From Gemmata obscuriglobus (lineage in GTDB: Bacteria > Planctomycetota > Planctomycetia > Gemmatales > Gemmataceae), in NCBI RefSeq assembly GCF_008065095.1, contig NZ_CP042911.1, positions 4,080,001-4,112,000 of the forward strand: DNA of 32,000 nucleotides, read 5' to 3'. Position 1 is the stretch's first letter. Each line of letters begins with the position of its first letter. A program made the translations under genes and the position numbers. The notes under the pieces were generated by a model. That model had not been told where the DNA came from. It ran no database searches and worked only from the letters and a program-made list of their open reading frames with translations. Shown in pieces: positions 1 through 8,320 of this stretch.

Positions 1-1131
1 ATGGCCGCTCAGGGGTCGTGCCTCACCAACAAGTACGCCGAGGGCTACCCCGGTAAGCGGTACTACGGCGGCTGCGAGTTCGTGGACGTGGTCGAGCGGC
101 TGGCGATCGATCGCGCCAAGCAGTTGTTCGGGGGCGACCACGCCAACGTGCAGCCGCACTCCGGCGCGCAGGCCAACATGGCGGTGTTCCTCGCCGCGCT
201 CCAGCCCGGCGACACGATCATGGGGCTGGACCTCGCGCACGGCGGGCACCTCACCCACGGGATGCGGCTCAACTTCTCGGGCAAGTACTTCAAGGTCGTG
301 AGCTACGGCGTTCGCAAAGACGACCACCGTGTCGACTTCGACGACCTGGCCGCGAAGGCCCGGGAGCACAAGCCGAAGCTCATCATTGCCGGGGCGAGCG
401 CCTACCCTCGGACCCTGGACTTCGCGAAGTTCGGCGAGATCGCCAACGAGGTCGGCGCGCCGCTGATGGTGGACATGGCGCACATCTCCGGGATTGTGGC
501 GGCGAAGCTGCACCCGGACCCCGTGCCGCACGCCGCGTTCGTGACCTCCACCACCCACAAGACCCTGCGCGGGCCGCGCAGCGGGTTCGTACTGTGCAAG
601 CAGGAGTGGGCGGACAAGATCAACTCCGCGGTCTTCCCGGGCATCCAGGGCGGGCCGCTGATGCACGTCGTGGCGGCGAAGGCGGTCGCGTTCGGCGAGG
701 CCCTCAAGCCGGAGTTCAAGCAGTACATGGAGCAGGTGCTGCTCAACGCGAAGGTGCTCGCGGAGGAACTGCTCGCGGCCGGGTTCCCGGTCGTGTCGGG
801 CGGGACCGACACGCACCTGATGCTCATCGACGTGACCGCCAAGGGCTCCACCGGGAAGTTCGCGGAACACGCGCTCGACGCCGCGGGCATCACGGTGAAC
901 AAGAACATGATCCCGTTCGACCCGCGCAAGCCGCTCGACCCGTCCGGGGTCCGGCTGGGCACCCCGGCGCTGACCACCCGCGGCATGAAGCAGGCGGAAA
1001 TGAAGCGGATCGCCGGCTGGATCACCGAAGTGCTGACCTCTGGCGGCGACGCCGCGGTCACGGCGCGCGTGAAGGGCGGCGTTCTCGAACTGAGCAAGCA
1101 GTTCCCGGCCCCGGCCGAAGCCGGCGTGTGA
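1..1131 (+). CDS. glyA: serine hydroxymethyltransferase (5' end cut by window edge)
   Basis: Translation carries SHMT hallmarks ([19 protein letters not shown]; [18 protein letters not shown]-lysine region). Canonical SHMTs have roughly 45-50 more N-terminal residues, so the ATG at position 1 is probably internal. Stop TGA at 1129-1131. Confidence 0.95.
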   Translation: MAAQGSCLTNKYAEGYPGKRYYGGCEFVDVVERLAIDRAKQLFGGDHANVQPHSGAQANMAVFLAALQPGDTIMGLDLAHGGHLTHGMRLNFSGKYFKVVSYGVRKDDHRVDFDDLAAKAREHKPKLIIAGASAYPRTLDFAKFGEIANEVGAPLMVDMAHISGIVAAKLHPDPVPHAAFVTSTTHKTLRGPRSGFVLCKQEWADKINSAVFPGIQGGPLMHVVAAKAVAFGEALKPEFKQYMEQVLLNAKVLAEELLAAGFPVVSGGTDTHLMLIDVTAKGSTGKFAEHALDAAGITVNKNMIPFDPRKPLDPSGVRLGTPALTTRGMKQAEMKRIAGWITEVLTSGGDAAVTARVKGGVLELSKQFPAPAEAGV

Positions 1132-1138
1132 CGGCCGA

Positions 1139-1196
1139 CAATCGGGTCGGGTGCGTCTGCGTTGGCACTCTGCCACAAACACACCCGACCCGATTG
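1139..1196 (+). terminator. 15-bp perfect stem-loop just downstream of glyA (terminator-like, no clear U tract)
   Basis: caatcgggtcgggtg (1139-1153) is the exact reverse complement of cacccgacccgattg (1182-1196). It starts 8 nt after the glyA stop and is followed by ctaataag rather than a T run. Confidence 0.35.
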
Positions 1197-1306
1197 CTAA
1201 TAAGAACATGACTGCTGCTGGGCACGCCGGATCTTGCGAAGACGTGTCCCGCTGACCGTTCGGAACTGCATTCCCACCGACTCGACGACCGAGGATCACG
1301 CGCACC

Positions 1307-1747
1307 GTGGCGCAACCGCTGCTGATATTGCTCGGGTGCTGCACCTGTGTGGTGCTGCTGATCCCGGTGCTGATGTTCCTCCTGACGTTCATTTACCGGT
1401 GGTCGTGCGTGCTGTGCGGGCTGCCGAAGCCGGGGGTGACGGTGGCGGCGGGGATCATGTTCGTGTCGTGGGTCGCGTTCGTGCTGGCGGTCAGCCTGCT
1501 GCGGGCCGGCGTTCACGCGGCGTGCGACGCGGCGCGGCTGCCGCCCTGGGAGGCCAGCATCATCACGTTCCTGCTCGCGCTGCCCATCGATCTTCTGATT
1601 TCCGCCGGGGTCGAAGCCGGCTTGATGGGCGTGCGGTTCGGCAAGGCCGTGGAGGTCTGGTACACCCAGCGCCTCATCCACCTCGCAATCGTCGTCGTGA
1701 TCGTGCTGGTCGCGAGCGTCGTTTACCTGATTCAGCAGTTCGTGTAA
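1307..1747 (+). CDS. hypothetical integral membrane protein (about 4 hydrophobic segments)
   Basis: 146-aa ORF with a GTG start and GAGGA about 14 nt upstream. The translation is strongly hydrophobic (LLILLGCCTCVVLLIPVLMFLL..., IVVVIVLVASVVYLI). Its stop TAA (1745-1747) shares one nt with the next ATG (TAATG). Confidence 0.55.
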   Translation: MAQPLLILLGCCTCVVLLIPVLMFLLTFIYRWSCVLCGLPKPGVTVAAGIMFVSWVAFVLAVSLLRAGVHAACDAARLPPWEASIITFLLALPIDLLISAGVEAGLMGVRFGKAVEVWYTQRLIHLAIVVVIVLVASVVYLIQQFV

Positions 1748-2874
1748 TGACCCGCTACTTTGCCACCTGCGCCCGCGGCCTCGAACCGGTGCTCGCGAGC
1801 GAGCTTGATGCGCTCGGGGCGGAGGCGGTCGAGCCCGGCCGCGGCGGGGTCACGTTCCAGGGGCCGCCGGCGCTGCTCTACCGCGCGTGCCTGTGGCTCC
1901 GCACGGCCGTGCGCGTGCTGCGCCCCGTTCACGAGTTCGAGGTTCACAACTCGGACGAACTCTACGACGCCGTCCGCTCGATCAATTGGGCGGACTGGAT
2001 GACGCCCGACCAGACGCTCGCGGTCGATTGCAACGTGCGCGACTCGGCGCTCACGCACTCGCAGTACGCCGCCCGGCGGGTGAAGGACGCGATCTGCGAC
2101 CAGTTCCGCGAGCGCGTCGGGCGCCGGCCGAGCGTCGACCCGGACCAGCCCATGATCGGGCTCAACCTGCACGTCTCGAAAAACCACGCGGTGCTGAGCC
2201 TCGACAGCTCGTGGTCCTCGCTGCACAAGCGCGGCTACCGGCCCATCCAGACCATCGCCCCGCTCAACGAGGCGCTCGCGGCCGGGCTGTTGTTACGCGC
2301 GAAGTGGGACAAGAACACGCCGCTCGTGGACCCGATGTGTGGCTCCGGGACGTTCTGCGTCGAGGGCGCGTGGATCGCCCTGAACCGCCCGCCGGGGCTG
2401 ACGCGGAAGTGGTTTGCGTTCCAGGGCTGGCCCGACTTCGACCGGACCGTATGGAACGCGATCCGCGACGACGCCCGCGCAGCGGTACTGAAGGAGTTGC
2501 CCGCCCCCATTTGCGGGTCCGACGTGCGCTCGGACGCCATCAGTCTCGCCCAGATGAACGCCCGGGCCGCGGGCGTGGGGCACTTGCTGAACCTCCAGAA
2601 GCTGGAGCTGCGCGAAGCCCGTCCGCCGTCGGACGTGCCCGGGACACTGGTCTGCAACCCGCCTTACGGCGAGCGGATCGGCGAAGAGGAAGAGCTGATT
2701 CCGCTGTACGCGCGGATCGGGGCGGTCGCGAAGGAGTTTTGGCCCGGGTGGCGGCTGCTCGTGCTCACGAGCAACACGATGCTGGCGAAGAAGATCCGAC
2801 TGAAGGTGGTTCACAAGGAGCCGTTCTTCAACGGCTCGCTCGAGTGCTTCCTGTGGGAGTTCAAGACCTCCTGA
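1747..2874 (+). CDS. THUMP-domain class I SAM-dependent RNA methyltransferase (RlmL/UPF0020-like)
   Basis: An internal ATG at 1747 of ORF 1234..2874 gives MTRYFATCARGLEPVLASEL... (THUMP-like N-terminus). It carries a SAM motif (DPMCGSGTF) and a catalytic NPPYGERIG motif. The upstream part of the ORF overlaps the membrane ORF and looks like a non-coding shadow. Confidence 0.85.
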   Translation: MTRYFATCARGLEPVLASELDALGAEAVEPGRGGVTFQGPPALLYRACLWLRTAVRVLRPVHEFEVHNSDELYDAVRSINWADWMTPDQTLAVDCNVRDSALTHSQYAARRVKDAICDQFRERVGRRPSVDPDQPMIGLNLHVSKNHAVLSLDSSWSSLHKRGYRPIQTIAPLNEALAAGLLLRAKWDKNTPLVDPMCGSGTFCVEGAWIALNRPPGLTRKWFAFQGWPDFDRTVWNAIRDDARAAVLKELPAPICGSDVRSDAISLAQMNARAAGVGHLLNLQKLELREARPPSDVPGTLVCNPPYGERIGEEEELIPLYARIGAVAKEFWPGWRLLVLTSNTMLAKKIRLKVVHKEPFFNGSLECFLWEFKTS

Positions 2875-2893
2875 CGAGAGGGGCGTCTGCCGG

Positions 2894-4174
2894 TCAGAGG
2901 GCGCACATGCCGGCCAGGCCGCCGAGCGCCATTCCCAGTAGCACCACGCCCGCACAACCGGTGCGCACTCGCGGTTCGCTCTTCTCCTCCGGTGGTAACT
3001 CCAGCACTTCCGGGATCTCTTCGACGAGTTCGGCCGTCGGCAGTTCTTCACCGGGTGCGGCGTCCCACAGTCCGGCGTCGCCGTGCGGGGCGTCGGCGAG
3101 CGTGAGTGCGTCCACGGCCGAACGCACCGGCGCGACCGTGGCCCACCGCGCGAGCACTTCGCGCACCTCGGCCGCCGATCCGTACCGCTGCGCCGGCTGC
3201 TTTGCCATCAGCCGGTGAACGACCTGTCGGAACGCCGGAGGCACCCCCTCAAGGGCGGGCGGCGGTTCGGTGCGGTGCTTGAGCACCTTTTCTTTCGTGG
3301 TGGCCGCGGGGAAGGGGACCGATCCCGTGAGCGCGAAGGCGAGCGCGCACCCCAACCCGTACAGGTCCGCCGGCGGCCCGACCGCCGCCGCGTCGACCGC
3401 CTGTTCCGGCGCCAGGTAGTCCATCGTTCCGACCACGTACCCGCGCCCGCCCACGATCGTCGGGTCGTTCGGGAGCGTTTCGCCCATCGACAGCGCCAGG
3501 CCCAGATCGAGGACCACCGCGCGGCCGTCCGGGCGCACCATGATGTTGGTCGGCTTCAGGTCGCGGTGGACCAGCCGCCGCGCGTGGAGGTGCGCCAGCC
3601 CGGATGCGACATCGGCGAAGACGCGGGCCGCATCCCCCACCGCGAGCGGGCCGCCGTCGATCACGACCTGGCGCAGCGTGCGGCCGGGGATGAACTCGAG
3701 CGCGAGGTAGTGGACCGCGTCGATCTCGCCGGCCCCGAGGGTGCGAACGACGTTGGCGTGGTTGACCCGGTGCCCGAGCGCCATTTCGCGCCGGAACCGC
3801 GCCAGGATGCGCAAGTCGTGTGCGGTCTTGCGGTGCGGAAGCAGCTTGAGGGCGACCAGTTCGACGTCGCCGAGTTCTTCCGCCTGGCGCCGGTCCCGCG
3901 CGAGGTAGACCACCGTCCCCATGCCGCCGCGGCCCAGCGGGGCCAGGATGTGGTACGGTCCCAGGACGAGCCCCTGCCACACCCCGCGGAGCAGCTTGTC
4001 GGCCTGGTAGTGGGTGAGCACCCCGGACTTGATGAGCGCCTCGGCGAACGCGCGCCCGGAACGCGGTGCGTGCCGCGCCGCCAGTCGGTCGACGTCGGGC
4101 GCGTCGATCAGCCGGCTCTGGCGCAAGGCGGCCACGAACGTCGCGAGCGGCGGGTCGGCGGTCATCCCGCTCAT
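2894..4174 (-). CDS. Ser/Thr protein kinase with C-terminal hydrophobic tail anchor
   Basis: Hanks kinase motifs are present: LGRGGMGTVYLA, VALK, HRDLKPTNIM, DLGLA, APEQ. The C-terminus (GCAGVVLLGMALGGLAGMCAL) is hydrophobic. The start at ATG 4174-4172 overlaps the upstream stop (ATGA). The ORF extension up to 4333 is Arg/Pro-rich and unlikely to be coding. Confidence 0.85.
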   Translation of the reverse strand: MSGMTADPPLATFVAALRQSRLIDAPDVDRLAARHAPRSGRAFAEALIKSGVLTHYQADKLLRGVWQGLVLGPYHILAPLGRGGMGTVVYLARDRRQAEELGDVELVALKLLPHRKTAHDLRILARFRREMALGHRVNHANVVRTLGAGEIDAVHYLALEFIPGRTLRQVVIDGGPLAVGDAARVFADVASGLAHLHARRLVHRDLKPTNIMVRPDGRAVVLDLGLALSMGETLPNDPTIVGGRGYVVGTMDYLAPEQAVDAAAVGPPADLYGLGCALAFALTGSVPFPAATTKEKVLKHRTEPPPALEGVPPAFRQVVHRLMAKQPAQRYGSAAEVREVLARWATVAPVRSAVDALTLADAPHGDAGLWDAAPGEELPTAELVEEIPEVLELPPEEKSEPRVRTGCAGVVLLGMALGGLAGMCAL

Positions 4175-6027
4175 GATAGCGATTCGGAAAACCCGTCCAG
4201 TTGTGCGCGGAGCCGGGCCACCACGTCCGGGTCGAGTTCGGTGGTCGCGCCCATCGCGGGAGCTAGCAACGGGCGCGCCGCGAGCCCGTGGTCTTCGAGC
4301 GGGCGGCGCGGGCCGGCGTGGACCTGGTCGCACCGCGTCGCCCGGACCAGATCGGCGACGTTCTCGGGCCGAACGCGCCCCGCCGGCAGGACCTCGATCT
4401 GCCAGCCGGCGTGCTGCACCAGCGCCGCGAGGTGCGTTGTTCCCGTCTCGGCGGTGGTCGCGCCCCCGCTCGTGAGCACGCGCTCGAAGCCCAGCTCGAT
4501 TAGCTCGTCGAGCGCGGCGAGCTGGTTCGGGAGGAAGTCGAACGCCCGGTGGAACACCGCCTTGCCGCGCGCGAGCCGCACCAGCTCGCTGCAGTGCCCG
4601 CGGTGGATGCGGCCGTCCGCGGTGAGCGCCGCGAACACGATCCCGGCCGCGCCCTCGTCCAGGAACGCTTTCGCGTCGTCCAGCATCACCTCGAAGTCGG
4701 TTTCCGAGTACGCGAACCCGCCCGCGCGGGGGCGGATCAGCACGTAAATCGGAACCGCCTCACGGGTGAACGCCCGCGCCGACCGGAACGCCCCCAGCGA
4801 GGGCGTCAGCCCGCCCACCTCCAACCCCACCGAGAGTTCGAGCCGGTTGGCCCCGTTGGACGCCGCCGCGAGCGCCTCCTGCGGGCTGGTGACCGCGATC
4901 TCGAGCGTCAGGCTCCGCGGGCGGCCGACGGTGTACCGCGCGTCGCGCCGGGTGAGTTCCGTGAGCAACGCGCCGATGCGGTCGGCCGCGATCTCGCCCG
5001 ACGCCACGGCCGCGTCCACCGGATCGGGGAAGGCGCCGCAGAACCCGTCCCCGGCGATCACCGCGCCGAGGTCGCGTAGCACGGCGCACGGCATCCGCAC
5101 CGGGTTTTGCGGCCGCGCCCATTTCCACTTGTGCAGCCAGACGTGAGCGGGGTCGAGCGGGTTACCGACCCACGCCCGCACCCGCGGAATGAGCAGCTCC
5201 ATGAGCTGTTCGTCCGGCTTTTCCCAGTGCTCCTCGGACCACTCTGGCCGCGCCAGTGCGGTCACCGCACCGGCCACCGGGGACACGTCCCGGAGGAAGT
5301 TGTCGAGCACCCATTCGAGCGGCCCGTCGCCGATCCACGCGCCCCCGGGCTGGAGGCCGGTCGCGGGCGCGAACAGGCCATAGAGCGCGACGCAGCGCGC
5401 GTAGCGGACCTCTCGAAGCGTGTACCGCAACTCGTCGGGGATCGTGAGCTTGTTCTGTTCGAGCAGTTCGAGCGCCTGCGGCACCGGCGGGGTGAGGACG
5501 AGGGCGTTCACCCCGAAGGCGGCTTCGAGGCCGTCGCGGAGCGAGCGGGTGTGGACCCGCCAGCCGTCCTCGGTGCGCTCGAGCTTCTCCGCCACCGTGT
5601 GGTCGCAGAACGTGACGAGATCGCCGTGCCGGGCGATCAGCCGGAACGCCAGCTCGCGCATCCCGTCCGTCGCGGTGAGGCCGCTGACCTCCCAGTCGCC
5701 GGCCGCCTCGCCGTCGGCGCCGACCCGGCCGACCACGCGCCGGGTGAACAGGGCTGGGCCGGGCAGCTCCTCGTCGAGCGCCGCGGCGCGGGCGTCGGCG
5801 CGGGTGCGGTCGCCCGGCCGGCGGGCGTACAGGACCGGCGGCCCGAGGTCGAACCGCGGCCGGCGCCCGTCGGGCAGGTCGATCGTTCGGGTACACAGCC
5901 GCCCGCCCGCCCGGCGGCCCTTGTCGATGACGACCACCTCCGGGGGCGACGGCCGCGACAGGAGCCGGTGGGCGGCGGTCAGCCCCGCGAGGCCGGCGCC
6001 GATGATGGCGACTTTCGGGGTGGTCAC
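4171..6027 (-). CDS. fusion protein: N-terminal FAD/NAD(P)-binding oxidoreductase (renalase/amine-oxidase-like) plus C-terminal CutC (PF03932-type) domain
   Basis: A Rossmann motif ([18 protein letters not shown]) follows directly after the proposed GTG start at 6027-6025. The C-terminal ~240 aa align by eye with E. coli CutC ([47 protein letters not shown]). The start overlaps the dipeptidase stop (GTGA). Confidence 0.8.
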   Translation of the reverse strand: MTTPKVAIIGAGLAGLTAAHRLLSRPSPPEVVVIDKGRRAGGRLCTRTIDLPDGRRPRFDLGPPVLYARRPGDRTRADARAAALDEELPGPALFTRRVVGRVGADGEAAGDWEVSGLTATDGMRELAFRLIARHGDLVTFCDHTVAEKLERTEDGWRVHTRSLRDGLEAAFGVNALVLTPPVPQALELLEQNKLTIPDELRYTLREVRYARCVALYGLFAPATGLQPGGAWIGDGPLEWVLDNFLRDVSPVAGAVTALARPEWSEEHWEKPDEQLMELLIPRVRAWVGNPLDPAHVWLHKWKWARPQNPVRMPCAVLRDLGAVIAGDGFCGAFPDPVDAAVASGEIAADRIGALLTELTRRDARYTVGRPRSLTLEIAVTSPQEALAAASNGANRLELSVGLEVGGLTPSLGAFRSARAFTREAVPIYVLIRPRAGGFAYSETDFEVMLDDAKAFLDEGAAGIVFAALTADGRIHRGHCSELVRLARGKAVFHRAFDFLPNQLAALDELIELGFERVLTSGGATTAETGTTHLAALVQHAGWQIEVLPAGRVRPENVADLVRATRCDQVHAGPRRPLEDHGLAARPLLAPAMGATTELDPDVVARLRAQLDGFSESLS

Positions 6028-7262
6028 GGCTTGGCCCACTCGCGGCTCACCTGCTCCGCGTCGGCGAGCACCCGCATCAGGTTCCCGCCGAGCACCTTGT
6101 GGATCTGCTCCTTCGTGTACCCGCGGTCCAGCATGATCTGGGTGAGCAGCGGGTAGCACGACACGTCGCTCATCTGAGCGGGCAGTTTCGGCACGCCGTC
6201 GAAGTCCGAGCCGATCCCGGCGCAGTCGATGCCGGCGACTTTCACGATGTGGTCGATGTGGTCCACGATGTTCCGCACGTCGCCGGCGGGGTAGTCGTTC
6301 TGCTTCGACCAGGCGCGGTACGCCTCCCGGTACTTGGCGTCGTCGTTGGGGAACTGCTTCTTGAGTTCACGCCCCTTCTCGAACATGAGCTGCATCGCCC
6401 GCGCGCCGTCGGGCGTGAGGAACCCGCTGTAGAAGTTCACCATGACCACGCCGCGGTTCTCCTTCACGAGCTTCAGCACGTCGTCCGGGACGTTCCGCGG
6501 GTGGTCGGCCACCGCGCGCGCCGAGGAGTGGGAGAAGATGACAGGTGCTTTTGTGACTTTCAGTGCGGCCTTCATCGTTTCGGGTGAGACGTGTGAGAGG
6601 TCGACGAGCATCCCCAGGCGGTTCATCTCCAGCACCACGTTGACGCCGAAGGGGCTGAGGCCGTTCGCCTTGGGCGCGTCCGAGCACGAATCGGCCCAGT
6701 CCAGCGATTCGGAGTGCGTCAGCGTCATGTATCGCACCCCGAGCCGGTAGTAGTTCCGGAGGAGCGAGAGCGAGTTCTCGATGCTGTGCCCGCCCTCGAT
6801 CCCGATGAGGCTGGCGATCTTGCCGGCCTTACGAATGCGGTGAATGTCTTCGGTGCCCGCGGCCATCTCGAACGTGTCGGGGTAGCGCCGGACCATCTCG
6901 TGGATGACGTCGATCTGTTCGAGGGTCATCTTGGCGGCGGTGCCGGCTTTCGCGGTGGAGGAGGGGACGTACGCGCTCCAGAACTGCGCGCCGACGTTGC
7001 CCTTTTTGAGCCGCGGAATGTCGGTGTGGAACTTCTTCTGCGGTTTGGTCAGGTCGATGTTCTTGAAGCCGGGCTCGCCGGTCTCGCGCAACTCCCACGG
7101 CAGGTCGTTGTGTCCGTCGATGAGCAACGCCTCGTTGTGGATGGCGAGCGCCTTCTCGGACACGGTGATGGTTTTGGCGGGCGGGTCAACGGCCGGTACG
7201 CGTGGCAGCGCGAGGGCGGCGATCAGTGCGAGCGCGAGTGCGGCGGTGGCGCGGTGGTACAT
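6024..7262 (-). CDS. membrane (renal-type) dipeptidase, peptidase family M19, with signal peptide
   Basis: 412-aa ORF. The N-terminus looks like a signal peptide ([13 protein letters not shown]). M19 motifs are present: [48 protein letters not shown]. Confidence 0.9.
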   Translation of the reverse strand: MYHRATAALALALIAALALPRVPAVDPPAKTITVSEKALAIHNEALLIDGHNDLPWELRETGEPGFKNIDLTKPQKKFHTDIPRLKKGNVGAQFWSAYVPSSTAKAGTAAKMTLEQIDVIHEMVRRYPDTFEMAAGTEDIHRIRKAGKIASLIGIEGGHSIENSLSLLRNYYRLGVRYMTLTHSESLDWADSCSDAPKANGLSPFGVNVVLEMNRLGMLVDLSHVSPETMKAALKVTKAPVIFSHSSARAVADHPRNVPDDVLKLVKENRGVVMVNFYSGFLTPDGARAMQLMFEKGRELKKQFPNDDAKYREAYRAWSKQNDYPAGDVRNIVDHIDHIVKVAGIDCAGIGSDFDGVPKLPAQMSDVSCYPLLTQIMLDRGYTKEQIHKVLGGNLMRVLADAEQVSREWAKP

Positions 7263-7503
7263 GCGGGTGCGGTCCGATGCGGAGGGATGCAGCGGAGAGG
7301 ATACGCGTCACGATACCCGAGAGGGCAGGGGAGGGCAAACTCGGGGCAGTGTGGGGAGGCACGGGGCCCGCTGTGTGATCCGTCAGAAGGCTCCTTCGGG
7401 GTGCAACGACAATTGGTATGAGCCGCCTCTGAGCCGGTTCTTCCGCCCCGGAGGGGCCGGCGGGCGTAGCACAGGGCGGGAGCCCTGTGCCTCAAAGCCG
7501 GTA

Positions 7504-8145
7504 TCACTCCTCACCGCGCCGCGCGTCATCCGGCAAGTCCGGTAGCCCCGTTTCCTTTTCCTGCCTCGCGCGGGTGCGGCGCTCGGACGCCACCCAGACG
7601 CACAACACCACACTGCCAACAGCGGAACTCGCGTACGCGACGAAGTGGTAACACGCGACCGTGAACAAGGCGCGGTGCCGCTTCGGCGGAACGGCTTCTG
7701 CCATTCCGGGGTCGAGAACGACGCCGAGCATTTCGCTGTGGCGCCACACGCTGAGCCCGGTTAGCGCCGTTACAACCGCCACTCCACCAATCAGCAGGGC
7801 GAGGGGTTTGAGGATCTCCCACGGGGCGAGTTTGGGGCGCGGGCCGATAGTCGCGGTGAGCCCTGCGGCGTATCCGAGCAGCGCCCCGCCCCACCACCCG
7901 CCCAGGAACCCCCAGCAGACCCCGAGCAGTGTCGGATCAGTGACGCCCGGGATGGGGCGGTGCAGCACCGTGAAGTACTCGGGGCACAGCCGCGCCGACA
8001 CTTGGTCCTGAAGGACTGCGTAGCCCACGATTGCGACGAATCCGAGGAGGGCGAACCGGTAACGGGGGATGCGCCCCGCCACGACGGCGAGCAGAACGCA
8101 CGCGGCGATCGGCAAAACGATCTGGTGCGTGGCGAGGGGCGGCAT
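7504..8145 (-). CDS. hypothetical integral membrane protein
   Basis: The internal ATG at 8145-8143 is preceded by GTAGGAGAA (SD) with 5-nt spacing. The translation MPPLATHQIVLPIAACVLLAVVAG... has several hydrophobic segments. I recognised no family. Confidence 0.6.
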   Translation of the reverse strand: MPPLATHQIVLPIAACVLLAVVAGRIPRYRFALLGFVAIVGYAVLQDQVSARLCPEYFTVLHRPIPGVTDPTLLGVCWGFLGGWWGGALLGYAAGLTATIGPRPKLAPWEILKPLALLIGGVAVVTALTGLSVWRHSEMLGVVLDPGMAEAVPPKRHRALFTVACYHFVAYASSAVGSVVLCVWVASERRTRARQEKETGLPDLPDDARRGEE

Positions 8146-8150
8146 GGGGG

Positions 8151-8234
8151 TTCTCCTACTAACTTCGGCTCGCGGCGGTGCTCGTGATGATCTACGGTGC
8201 GGGCTGCGATCGCCCAAACCGCACCCCGAGGAGC
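8151..8234. repeat. copy A of an 84-nt direct repeat (partner at 12076-12159)
   Basis: Hand alignment gives 76 of 84 identical positions with 12076-12159, in the same orientation. The repeat ends in a reverse-strand GTAGGAGAA on the left and GAGGA on the right. Confidence 0.85.
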
Positions 8235-8320
8235 ACTGCGCGCGGCACCGAACACCGCCCCGATGCGTCCGCGCGATGCCTTGGATCGCCGCGGAATGCG
8301 CTGGGGGCGGGCGAACTTGT

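Noticed and set aside
1234-1746. N-terminal extension of the methyltransferase ORF. Analogous extensions are 4175-4333 (kinase), 6028-6159 (oxidoreductase-CutC), 8146-8217 (membrane protein), 24004-24165 (esterase fusion) and 29245-29295 (DUF58).
   Set aside because: The extensions are Arg/Pro-rich and overlap the upstream gene or intergenic DNA. The internal starts give canonical N-termini (a Rossmann motif, a signal peptide, or an SD at proper spacing).
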